A stretch of DNA of 64,000 nucleotides from a virus. Lineage: Duplodnaviria; Caudoviricetes. Position 1 is the first letter of the stretch. The number at the start of each line of letters is the position of its first letter. The notes under the pieces are model-generated. The model worked only from the letters and a program-made list of their open reading frames with translations. It was not told where the DNA came from and made no database searches. The DNA is taken from IMG/VR virus record IMGVR_UViG_3300025608_000011, positions 34,439-98,438 of that record, one strand, 5' to 3'. Shown piece after piece: positions 47,546-56,300 of this stretch. The position numbers and the translations under genes were made by a program.

Positions 47546-48392
47546 TTAATGCCTCTACTGCTTTTAATATCGATTGTATATTAGGTTTTTGAATATCTCT
47601 CTGCCAATACACACTGCCGCCATCTACTATTGATTCATCTCTTTCGTATATCATGTTCTTGCCGTAATATTTGCATTCCTGTATTATTCTTGGTGCAGGA
47701 TCGAATGTTTCTTTAGTATACACATATGTGTCAAACATGCCTAAAATATTAGGTACGGGTACAAAAACATTATTATTTTTTATATTAACATACTCTGTAT
47801 CATATGTCAAGATTCCATAATCAGAATATTTGTGTAAAAGTTTTTCGGCAGCCGCATAGTACTTGTCATTAGTGCCGAAGAACAAATATTTAAATTGTAT
47901 ATCGTTGGTATGCGGTTTGTAAATATCAAAGTTAATGCGTTTTTCAAAGTAAGCACCTACTCCATTAGGATAAACTTCTGTATCGCATAAATTTACAATC
48001 TGTGTAGGTTTGTAAAACTTCACTGCAAGGGGATATTTAGTAGGATGGTTTTCTGAATATACACTTATTACCTTGCCACCAAATAATTTACTTAATGACA
48101 TTTGATATTCTGCATCATAGTCATTAAACTCCTGCCACGAAAGAGTCATCATGCTTCGACCCATTATTAAAGTAATATCGTCGTCATATGGAAGATATGT
48201 ATCGACTTGGATATTTTTACAATGAATGTATTTGTTTGTAATTACATTGAGGTAGTCTTTAGGAGTAAATTTACGATGCGGTATTACCACTACTTGTGCA
48301 TCTATTCCAGCATCATTTAGCAGTGAGCAATATTCATAACTATAATAGAATAGACCGTCTACAGGTTTGCTTGTAACAACAATGTTTATCAT
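47535..48392 (-). CDS. Hypothetical protein, possible GT-B glycosyltransferase-like
   Basis: C-terminal ETFDPAPRIIQECKYYGK resembles the GT4 E-x7-E region. Confidence 0.35.
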   Translation of the reverse strand: MINIVVTSKPVDGLFYYSYEYCSLLNDAGIDAQVVVIPHRKFTPKDYLNVITNKYIHCKNIQVDTYLPYDDDITLIMGRSMMTLSWQEFNDYDAEYQMSLSKLFGGKVISVYSENHPTKYPLAVKFYKPTQIVNLCDTEVYPNGVGAYFEKRINFDIYKPHTNDIQFKYLFFGTNDKYYAAAEKLLHKYSDYGILTYDTEYVNIKNNNVFVPVPNILGMFDTYVYTKETFDPAPRIIQECKYYGKNMIYERDESIVDGGSVYWQRDIQKPNIQSILKAVEALNEN

Positions 48393-48464
48393 TTATAATT
48401 TATCATAACTAACGTTTGTTTACTCGTAATATAATATATAGTAGTATATAATATCAATGAGTGT

Positions 48465-48471
48465 TATTTAT
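48465..48471 (-). promoter_or_regulatory. Possible late promoter (ATAAATA) for the minus-strand enzyme operon
   Basis: ATAAATA on the minus strand about 75 nt upstream of 48392, in the divergent AT-rich region. Confidence 0.35.
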
Positions 48472-49018
48472 GAGTACTAAAATTACAGTAAACATTTTAG
48501 ATGAAAAAAAATTGTACGAACTTGAAAATTTTTGTCAAACATGTAGTATGCTAGGGTACAAAAATAATGCTAGTTTAAAAGAAATACGCTGGGAAAGGAC
48601 AAAGTCCTGGGGTGAATTTTGGGGTGCTTGGCACAACAATAAATTAATAGCAATTGCTGGAGCTCATCCGTTGCCCGAAGTTGGCGGAAATGCTTACAGA
48701 GTATTATATAGAGGATGTCAGCTTTACAGTCCTTATGTAGGGCTCAATGCCAGTCATATGAACAGTGTTCCCTTTAGAGATATTCTGCCTTATCAAATAG
48801 AAAAATATGCCGACAAAGATCTGTTTATTACTACTAATATATACAAAGATAACAGTGGAAAAATGCATAAAACTCATAAAGTTATGCACTTACTATCAAA
48901 AAAAGGAATGGTAGACCTTTTTATAAAAGATGCTATAATATATAATACTAATCAAAGTGTATGGAGATTAAACAAGGAAAAATACCATGAAGTTAGACAT
49001 AGACTGGAAACACCTTAA
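48470..49018 (+). CDS. GNAT-like hypothetical protein
   Basis: FWGAWHNNKLIAIAG strand pair and YRV..RG; likely start is the ATG at 48470. Confidence 0.4.
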   Translation: MSTKITVNILDEKKLYELENFCQTCSMLGYKNNASLKEIRWERTKSWGEFWGAWHNNKLIAIAGAHPLPEVGGNAYRVLYRGCQLYSPYVGLNASHMNSVPFRDILPYQIEKYADKDLFITTNIYKDNSGKMHKTHKVMHLLSKKGMVDLFIKDAIIYNTNQSVWRLNKEKYHEVRHRLETP

Positions 49019-49205
49019 AAATATTAAATCAAATTATCTAACTCATTTTTTATACTCTACATGGTTTAACTTCCTTGCTTTGTTAATTTTTGTTACAGGA
49101 GTTATACACAGTATTTTTCCATTCGTGTTTACATTTACTCCGTATAAACTTGCAAAATATATTGTAAACAAAACGGAGGAAAAGTTTGGATCAGGTATAC
49201 ACTAA
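48987..49205 (+). CDS. Small membrane protein (DUF6356-like)
   Basis: HL.....Y..HF...GVIHSIFPF.F with one hydrophobic helix. Confidence 0.55.
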   Translation: MKLDIDWKHLKNIKSNYLTHFLYSTWFNFLALLIFVTGVIHSIFPFVFTFTPYKLAKYIVNKTEEKFGSGIH

Positions 49206-49641
49206 GGAGGCATTATTTCTTCCTCAACTGCCCGATAAATTTTTATTAGGTACACCTGAAATACGAAAAGGAAAGCAGATGTATCCATATCCAAGCACTA
49301 CATTTTCTTCGTGGCGAGTTCCAGAAATATCAGAACAGTTGGATGATTTTTTACAACCTTATTTTGATTTTCCTATTTTTGTTATCTATCAAATCATAGA
49401 AAACGATATGCCTGTGCATACTGATGACGGTAGAGAATTCGCATACAACTATCTTTTACAGCCAGGAGGCGAAAACATTGAGACTCGTTGGTGGGCCGGC
49501 GACGAAGTAGTTTTTAGTAAAGTATTTCCTTTACACACATGGCATTGGTTAAATGTTAGCATTCCGCATGACGTTGAAAAGGTAGAAACTGAAAGAGTAT
49601 CAGTGTCTATAAAATATGCTAAATGGAAAGACAATGTTTGA
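49186..49641 (+). CDS. Fe(II)/2OG oxygenase-like cupin
   Basis: PVHTD...W..LNV..PHDV....RVS. Confidence 0.55.
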   Translation: MDQVYTKEALFLPQLPDKFLLGTPEIRKGKQMYPYPSTTFSSWRVPEISEQLDDFLQPYFDFPIFVIYQIIENDMPVHTDDGREFAYNYLLQPGGENIETRWWAGDEVVFSKVFPLHTWHWLNVSIPHDVEKVETERVSVSIKYAKWKDNV

Positions 49642-50374
49642 TTTAATGTCAGCACTTTGTTTTGATGATAATCGATCTGTAAATTTTAGACACATTATCG
49701 ATAATGGTGTTGTGCTTAAATCCAGTGGAACTACAGGAACACCTAAAGAAATATTTCAACCACCTAAGAAAATACAAGCGTCAAACGCTGTTGCTGTAGA
49801 CAGTCAACAGTTAACAAAACACAGTCGAGTATATACAGTTTGTAAGATAGAGCATGCAGGTGGTCTATTAGCGCAAACATTACCGGCATACAGTATAGGT
49901 GCTGATATAGTTATAGAAGATTTTAATGCTTATCGTTGGGTTAAAGAAATTCACAAATATACTCATACTCATCTTACACCAAATCATTGTCGTGCTATAA
50001 TGGGAACAAAAGACTTTTGGAAATGCAACTTTACTGGAATATGGATAACCTGCGGAAGTGATCCTGTTGCATGGGATATAATTGAAGCATTTGTAGATCG
50101 CGGAGCAACTTTTATGACAAACTGGGGGATGACCGAAGTCGGCCCTTGTGCTATTAACACAACATTTACTAGCGTTAATATGGTAACAGATTTTAAAAAT
50201 AGATGCATACATGATTTTACATTACTAGGCAATGTTTCGTATGTTGATTGGAAAATCCGAGATAGTGAACTATATGTCAACGGCGACATATGTGTGTATG
50301 ACGGATGGGTTGCAACAGGTGATGTAGTAGAAGTTAATAATTCGAAAGATTTATATTATGTCAAAAGAAAATAA
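49616..50374 (+). CDS. Miniature ANL/AMP-binding (acyl-CoA synthetase-like) enzyme
   Basis: SSGTTGTPK, WGMTE, TGD; only 252 aa. Confidence 0.8.
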   Translation: MLNGKTMFDLMSALCFDDNRSVNFRHIIDNGVVLKSSGTTGTPKEIFQPPKKIQASNAVAVDSQQLTKHSRVYTVCKIEHAGGLLAQTLPAYSIGADIVIEDFNAYRWVKEIHKYTHTHLTPNHCRAIMGTKDFWKCNFTGIWITCGSDPVAWDIIEAFVDRGATFMTNWGMTEVGPCAINTTFTSVNMVTDFKNRCIHDFTLLGNVSYVDWKIRDSELYVNGDICVYDGWVATGDVVEVNNSKDLYYVKRK

Positions 50375-51089
50375 CAGTGTTATAATAAACTTCCCACAAG
50401 GCTCAGGTGGACACATAGTTGGCAGGTTCCTTGCATCTTGCGATAATGTCGCTTGGTACGATCACAAACAAAACGGAAGCCGCCCTTGGATTCCTTATAC
50501 ACTAGGAACAGACTATAATTTTTCAAGACTACATTTTAATAAAAGATTCAAAGGCGCTGTCGGCAAAGGCGTGTGCGATCTAACTGTTCCTCCTGTTTTA
50601 GATATGGCAGAAAAACAAGGCTTAGAATACAACGTAGAGGATATTGATAAATGGAAACGGATACTTTATCCTAATAACTTGTTATATACTCTCCATGCAG
50701 ATCTTGACAAGACTAAAAGTTTTTTTAAAAACTCTAAACATGTTGTTATAATTCCTGAAAATATTGACCTTTTAATAGATAGATGGTTAAAGAGTACATA
50801 TTACTATTATGTAAATCCTAAAGAAAAGTCTTTTTTGTATAGAGATTTATATACAGAAAAGGCCGAAAAATTAAATCTATCGATAAGAGAGTGTTTAAGG
50901 AAAGACTTCGAATCGCAGATTAACAACTATAAACAGTATATAGATACTCAAGATGTTGTTATCAATGAAGCAAAAAAATTACACGACGAAGATTACTTTA
51001 AAAGTTTGTGCGAAAACCTCAGTTTAGAGTTTAACAGTGTAAACTACAAAAAAGTTCTTGAGCTTGCTGAAAGGTATTCGCATCTATGA
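50358..51089 (+). CDS. Hypothetical protein, possible P-loop/sulfotransferase-like fold
   Basis: N-terminal IINFPQGSGGH.V...L; C-terminal LCE.L.L pattern. Confidence 0.35.
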   Translation: MSKENNSVIINFPQGSGGHIVGRFLASCDNVAWYDHKQNGSRPWIPYTLGTDYNFSRLHFNKRFKGAVGKGVCDLTVPPVLDMAEKQGLEYNVEDIDKWKRILYPNNLLYTLHADLDKTKSFFKNSKHVVIIPENIDLLIDRWLKSTYYYYVNPKEKSFLYRDLYTEKAEKLNLSIRECLRKDFESQINNYKQYIDTQDVVINEAKKLHDEDYFKSLCENLSLEFNSVNYKKVLELAERYSHL

Positions 51090-51616
51090 AAGAATTGGAT
51101 CTTGAACATTTAGAAAAATATTTTAAAACTATATGGAAATCTAATTTAGATCAATATACATATAGCGGCTGGGCATTATTAGACCGTGTTTCTAAAGATG
51201 AACATATACTTGATGTTGGATGCGGATTTAATGAGTTTAAAAAATATTTGCCAAACCTTATAGGGATTGATCCTTATAATTCTAATGCAGATATTATAGT
51301 TTCGATTGAAGAATATCAAACTACGCAAAAATTTGATATAATTTTTTGTCTCGGATCGATTAATTTTGGTGATCAATCTATGATAGAATCACAAATTAAA
51401 AAAGTAGTTTCTTTATTAAAACCAGGAGGAAAAATTTATTGGAGACAGAATCCCGGCTATCACGATCACAAAAGCAATGAATGTAAAAACATTAAGTTTT
51501 ACGAATGGACATTCATGGACAATTATAACTATGCTTATAAGAATAATTGTAGAGTAGAATTCATAGACGAAGATTGTAATAGATTATATGCAGAGTGGAT
51601 GAAATGCAAGAGTTAA
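51086..51616 (+). CDS. Class I SAM-dependent methyltransferase
   Basis: ILDVGCG, GID, FDII, LLKPGG. Confidence 0.85.
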   Translation: MKELDLEHLEKYFKTIWKSNLDQYTYSGWALLDRVSKDEHILDVGCGFNEFKKYLPNLIGIDPYNSNADIIVSIEEYQTTQKFDIIFCLGSINFGDQSMIESQIKKVVSLLKPGGKIYWRQNPGYHDHKSNECKNIKFYEWTFMDNYNYAYKNNCRVEFIDEDCNRLYAEWMKCKS

Positions 51617-53040
51617 TATTTCTAGTATTGGGCACATTGTATGGACTTGCGATCGGAATTATTCCAGGCGCTGGCGCAACCACAGGTTTAATATTTCTTT
51701 TTCCTTTAATTACAATGTTTCCTGATCCGTATCTTGCAGTTATTTTTGTTATGGCGGTAGTAGCCGCAAGTACCACAGGAGATACGTATACAGGTGTGCT
51801 ACTAGGAATACCAGGTGCTAACAGTGCAGCAGCCACTATGGTAGACGGATTTCCTTTAGCATTACAAGGCCGAGCTACTTATGCAATAAGTGCCGCAGTG
51901 ACAACATCTACACTAAACGGTTTATTCTGGGGCTCAGTTGTGTTTTTCTTTTTGCCTTATTACACACAACTTATTCTTGTTTTTGGTGTTCCTGAACTAT
52001 GGGCATTTACAATGTTAGCATTGGTTACTGTAACTTTTGTTACTAACAAATGGTGGATTAGAAGTTTAATTGCACTTGTGATTGGAATATTTTTAGGAAT
52101 GATCGGTGTTGATCCTACGACTAATGCAGATCGTTGGACAGGTGGTTGGGATTATTTAGGTGCAGGTATACAACTGCTTCCTGTTGTAGCAGGGCTGTTT
52201 GCAATACCTGAACTGATAGAAGGATTGCGCAACAGGGAATATACTGCACAGCCTGTAGAAAATGTAACACAAACAAAAGAAGGTATAGTTGCTGTTTGGA
52301 AACACAAATGGCTTGCAATTCGCGGAGGATTTATTGGTGCATTTATTGGCGTGTTGCCTGGACTCGGTGGAGTTATGGCAGATTGGATGGCGTATGGACA
52401 AGCAGTAGCAACTACACCAAAGGCCAATCCTCCGATGGGCAAAGGCAACATTAGAGGCGTAATAGGTCCTGAAGGTGCTAATAATGCGCAAAAAGCAACT
52501 TCGATGATTCCTACTGTGTTGTTTGGTATTCCAGGAGCACCATTTGCAGCAATTATCATTGGGTTATTCTCTTATTTAAATTTTGAGTTAGGAACTATTG
52601 ATTTAATTCTAGATAAACAATTTTTTGATAGCATGTTATTTGGATTCTTATTTGCTACTTTACTTGTAGGTTTGTTGTGTTTACTTACAACACGCTACAT
52701 TGCAAAAATAACTCAAATTTCTTACAAGTATTATTTTCCATTATTGTTTGGATTTATTGTTATTGCTTGTGTGCAGTACACAGGTGGATGGGAAGACTAT
52801 GCAATATTAGTTATTATGTCGATGATCGGGTTCGCCTCCAAAAAACTTAAATTTTCAAGACCTGCATTACTATTTGGTTTTATTTTAGCAGATAGGATTG
52901 AAGCCCTGTCAATTCAAATGTTTGGCTTGTATAATTTAGATAAATTATTAGAGAGACCTATTTTTTGGGTGTTAACATTTATTATTCTTGTAATTTTCAT
53001 TGTGGGAATTACTAGACGCAAAACCATGGAGTATGCATAA
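51595..53040 (+). CDS. tctA: Tripartite tricarboxylate transporter, large permease TctA
   Basis: GIIPGAG, LLGIPG...AATMVDGFPLA..G, GVLPGLGG, GPEGANNA, P..LFGIPG; many TM helices. Confidence 0.88.
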   Translation: MDEMQELIFLVLGTLYGLAIGIIPGAGATTGLIFLFPLITMFPDPYLAVIFVMAVVAASTTGDTYTGVLLGIPGANSAAATMVDGFPLALQGRATYAISAAVTTSTLNGLFWGSVVFFFLPYYTQLILVFGVPELWAFTMLALVTVTFVTNKWWIRSLIALVIGIFLGMIGVDPTTNADRWTGGWDYLGAGIQLLPVVAGLFAIPELIEGLRNREYTAQPVENVTQTKEGIVAVWKHKWLAIRGGFIGAFIGVLPGLGGVMADWMAYGQAVATTPKANPPMGKGNIRGVIGPEGANNAQKATSMIPTVLFGIPGAPFAAIIIGLFSYLNFELGTIDLILDKQFFDSMLFGFLFATLLVGLLCLLTTRYIAKITQISYKYYFPLLFGFIVIACVQYTGGWEDYAILVIMSMIGFASKKLKFSRPALLFGFILADRIEALSIQMFGLYNLDKLLERPIFWVLTFIILVIFIVGITRRKTMEYA

Positions 53041-54075
53041 ATGAAATATTTTTTAATTCTTTTTTTATTAATTAGCACAGCGGTTCGTGCAGATTACACA
53101 TTTGTAGTTCCTCAAAAGCCAGGCGGAGGAACATCAGTTTGGGCAGAAATAATTGCTAAAGAACTAGAGCCTTTTTTAGGAGAACGAATTGTAATAAAGC
53201 ATATTCCTGGTGCAAGAGACATTCCAGGATTTGACAAATTCCACAATGAGTTGCGATTCGACGACAAAACTGTAATGGTAAGTCATGGAGGCAATGGTGT
53301 AAGTTTTTTACAAGAAAATGTCGATTATGACTATAGACAATATGATAGCATCGGCGCAATGAATCTAAATATTATTGCAGGCAAAGCTGCTGGCAATAAT
53401 ATGGTAAATCCGCGTTTTGCAGCTGGATCCGGTATGGTGCCAGAAGGACTTGCAATGACAATGTTGATTTGCGGTCCAGATAGAAATTTAAACTTTTATA
53501 TTGAATGTTTTAGAAACAACGTAACTTGGGTAAAAGGTATGAGCGGATCCGAAAGACGCCTTGCATTCAAGCGTGGAGAGCTTACTGGCACAAGAGAAAA
53601 TCCGGCGGCATTTAAAAAACATGTTCAGCCAATGATTGATGCTGGCGATGCAGAACTTTGGTTCCATCATGGTATATTACAAGCAGACGGCTCACACGCT
53701 GACGATCCTAACTATCCAGGGTATCAGTTTGAAATCTTATTCGAGAAAAAGTATGGCGTAAAACCAAGTGGAGAATTATACGATGCATATAAGTTAGTGA
53801 AAAGTTTCCGTGACGGTTTGCAAAAAGCTCTTTGGGTAAACAAGGGCAACCCTAACACAGAAAAACTGCGTAGTGCGCTTACAGCAATGTTACAGGACCC
53901 AAAATCAGTAACAAACATCCGAAAGAAAGTAGGTGAATATAATTGGGTAATTGGCGAAGCAGGTAATTCACATCGAGATACATTAATGACATTTGTTACA
54001 GAACGTAGTTTACAAACTTTAGTAACATTTAACATTGAAGCATTTGGATTAGCCAGTGTCAAAAAACAATTATGA
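53041..54075 (+). CDS. tctC: TctC/Bug-like periplasmic substrate-binding protein
   Basis: Signal peptide MKYFLILFLLISTAVRA; FVVPQKPGGGT..WA; IPGA; adjacent to tctA. Confidence 0.65.
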   Translation: MKYFLILFLLISTAVRADYTFVVPQKPGGGTSVWAEIIAKELEPFLGERIVIKHIPGARDIPGFDKFHNELRFDDKTVMVSHGGNGVSFLQENVDYDYRQYDSIGAMNLNIIAGKAAGNNMVNPRFAAGSGMVPEGLAMTMLICGPDRNLNFYIECFRNNVTWVKGMSGSERRLAFKRGELTGTRENPAAFKKHVQPMIDAGDAELWFHHGILQADGSHADDPNYPGYQFEILFEKKYGVKPSGELYDAYKLVKSFRDGLQKALWVNKGNPNTEKLRSALTAMLQDPKSVTNIRKKVGEYNWVIGEAGNSHRDTLMTFVTERSLQTLVTFNIEAFGLASVKKQL

Positions 54076-54580
54076 AATAGCCGCATTTGTAAGTAGCGGA
54101 AGCACAGATAAACCTAGACTAATACCATGGATGTTAAATCAGTCGTTGCATAAAGGAGTAGAATGTCATTTAAAAAATTCTCTTACTAAAGACGATGTAA
54201 CTTTTAATTTATTACCCTTATGGTCTAGTATAGGTCTTCAGGTGTTTAATGTATTTCAAGAAATAGGTGCAGACTTCCATGTGTTAGATGATATCTATGA
54301 ATGGCCAAAAGTTAAACCTACATTCTTACTAGGTTTACCTTCTCAATTATTAGACCTAGTAGAAAACACAAAAATACCATATGAGTTAATGACCATAAAT
54401 TATATTAGAACAATCGGCGGCCCATTAACTAAAGAAAACAAACAAAAAATACAAAATTATTTTAATTGTATTACAACCGATACATACGGTATGAATGAAA
54501 TCGGTAGCATTAGCACAATGAGGAATCCAAGTGATATACTTCGAAAAAACAGACTCCAGTTATACAAAAGCAGAATTTGA
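54056..54580 (+). CDS. Truncated ANL/AMP-binding fragment (partial duplicate of 54531); possibly a pseudogene
   Basis: SSGSTDKP and YGMNE present, TGD and C-terminal domain absent; 27-nt and 20-nt identities with the downstream gene. Confidence 0.6.
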   Translation: MSKNNYEIAAFVSSGSTDKPRLIPWMLNQSLHKGVECHLKNSLTKDDVTFNLLPLWSSIGLQVFNVFQEIGADFHVLDDIYEWPKVKPTFLLGLPSQLLDLVENTKIPYELMTINYIRTIGGPLTKENKQKIQNYFNCITTDTYGMNEIGSISTMRNPSDILRKNRLQLYKSRI

Positions 54581-55673
54581 CGAAATTGCAAATCAATACA
54601 GTGAACAGTTGAGGCAAGCCGGCTATGACAGGACTTGCAGATTAGGTGTTTACGGCGACTATGATAACCTTTTTAAAATTAGAGGTATAATGAATGTCTG
54701 CTCTGTTGTAGTAATAGATTCAAAAGCATCGGATTATGAAAAGAGCCATTACGATGTCGACATCTGGATAGATGAACTACCTCCTCCTAGATTCAATCAG
54801 TGCAAAGAAGATGAAGTAGTAGGTTATTGCAGTAGCGGAAGCACAGATAAACCTAGAATTATTTCTTGGCACAAAAAAGGATATGAATACGAATTAGAAT
54901 ACAGTTATAAAACTCAGTCGGGAATAACCAAAAATGACAGCACTTGGAATTGTCTTCCGCTCTGGGCTCCTTTAGGCCAACAAGTTTTTAACAGTTGTTA
55001 TGATATCGATGCAAGTTTTTATGTTTTGAAAGAACCATATAAAAATTGGCCTGCGTATAATCCTACATTTGTTGTTGGCAGTCCGAATGTTTTACTTAGG
55101 ATTATTCATGAAACAGAAGTTCCGTATGAAACAATGAGCATACGAGAAATTCGTGCAAATAGTTCTCCTATGTATAAAGATATAAAACAAGCAATACAGA
55201 CATATTTTAATTGTATTACAACAGATTGTTATGGTATGAGTGAAGTAGGAAGTATTAGTGCTATGACATATCCTCAAAAGTTTGGTAGTGTTGGATTCGT
55301 TAACGAAGGAAGGAATGTAGAAATCATTGAAGGAGAGATAGTTGTAGATGGGTTTCATACAGGAGATTTAGGACATATTGACGATGACGGATTTTTGTTT
55401 ATTACTGGAAGAATAAAAGATGTAATAAACAAAGGCGGAGTAAAGATTATGCCTTATGAAGTAGAAAAAGCAATTTTTGCTTGTGGAGCAGATGATTGTG
55501 TAGTATTCGGATATAATACTGTTAATGCTCTTGTGAAAGGGAATTTAGATGAGCAAAAACTAAAAACAATGATTCGCGATTATAAATATCCTAATATAAT
55601 TAAAGTTAATAGTATTCCGAGAAGAGAGTCTGGAAAAATTACTAGAGCTAAATTAATTAAAGAGTTTTTATAA
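54531..55673 (+). CDS. Compact ANL/AMP-binding enzyme
   Basis: SSGSTDKP, YGMSE, HTGDLG, GRIKD.I..GG..I.P.EVE, IPR..SGKI; GAGG RBS. Confidence 0.85.
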   Translation: MIYFEKTDSSYTKAEFDEIANQYSEQLRQAGYDRTCRLGVYGDYDNLFKIRGIMNVCSVVVIDSKASDYEKSHYDVDIWIDELPPPRFNQCKEDEVVGYCSSGSTDKPRIISWHKKGYEYELEYSYKTQSGITKNDSTWNCLPLWAPLGQQVFNSCYDIDASFYVLKEPYKNWPAYNPTFVVGSPNVLLRIIHETEVPYETMSIREIRANSSPMYKDIKQAIQTYFNCITTDCYGMSEVGSISAMTYPQKFGSVGFVNEGRNVEIIEGEIVVDGFHTGDLGHIDDDGFLFITGRIKDVINKGGVKIMPYEVEKAIFACGADDCVVFGYNTVNALVKGNLDEQKLKTMIRDYKYPNIIKVNSIPRRESGKITRAKLIKEFL

Positions 55674-56300
55674 ATGTTATATGATATTTTTCAATACGGG
55701 AATCAGATAGAATTAAATTTGCAAGTAAACTCAAGTGACATATTAAATGATTTACGCCCTTTCAAAAATAATTGGACTCAATATAATACATTACGTCCAG
55801 AAATACCTAGACAAGGACTTTGTGTAATTAATGAAAAAGGAAAAATTGGACCAGGTCCTGCACTTAATAGTATCCCCCAATGGAACAAGATGTACAATAC
55901 TAGTCTAGACGAATTGCAATTTGATAAACCTACTGAAGTTTATAATTCTTCTAAAACAATACAAAATTTAATGAAAGATTGTTTTTCATTTTCAGTAAGG
56001 ACTCATTTCCTTAAATTATTACCTGGTGGTTATTTTCCTCCTCACCGAGATAGTAATAAGAGATATCCTGTTACATTTAGAGCAATTATTCCAATAATTA
56101 ATACAGATCCCCCTAGGGTTCGCTTTATGTTAGAAGATAAAACTTTACATTGGAAAATAGGTAGGATGTATGTAGTGAATACTAATTTAGAACATACTTT
56201 GATGAACTATTCGAATGAAGATAGTATTTGGTTAGTTTTTAATTTTGTTACTTGTGACGAAAGTATAAATTTTGTTCTTAATAACTTAAAAATTAAATAA
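55674..56300 (+). CDS. Aspartyl/asparaginyl beta-hydroxylase-like Fe(II)/2OG oxygenase
   Basis: LKLLPGGYFPPHRD...WKIG..YVVNT..EH...N. Confidence 0.75.
   Translation: MLYDIFQYGNQIELNLQVNSSDILNDLRPFKNNWTQYNTLRPEIPRQGLCVINEKGKIGPGPALNSIPQWNKMYNTSLDELQFDKPTEVYNSSKTIQNLMKDCFSFSVRTHFLKLLPGGYFPPHRDSNKRYPVTFRAIIPIINTDPPRVRFMLEDKTLHWKIGRMYVVNTNLEHTLMNYSNEDSIWLVFNFVTCDESINFVLNNLKIK

Noticed and set aside
48425-48456. AT-rich quasi-palindrome in the divergent region as an operator or origin
   Set aside because: Composed nearly entirely of TA repeats; expected by chance at this base composition.
54050-54080. Programmed frameshift fusing TctC to the ANL fragment at the A-run
   Set aside because: TctC has normal length and is exported, so fusion to a cytoplasmic ATP-binding fragment is implausible; no stimulatory structure seen.
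22629-56300. RiPP cluster with a precursor peptide
   Set aside because: Intergenic gaps are tiny and I found no short leader/core ORF, RRE/PqqD domain, peptidase or ABC exporter.
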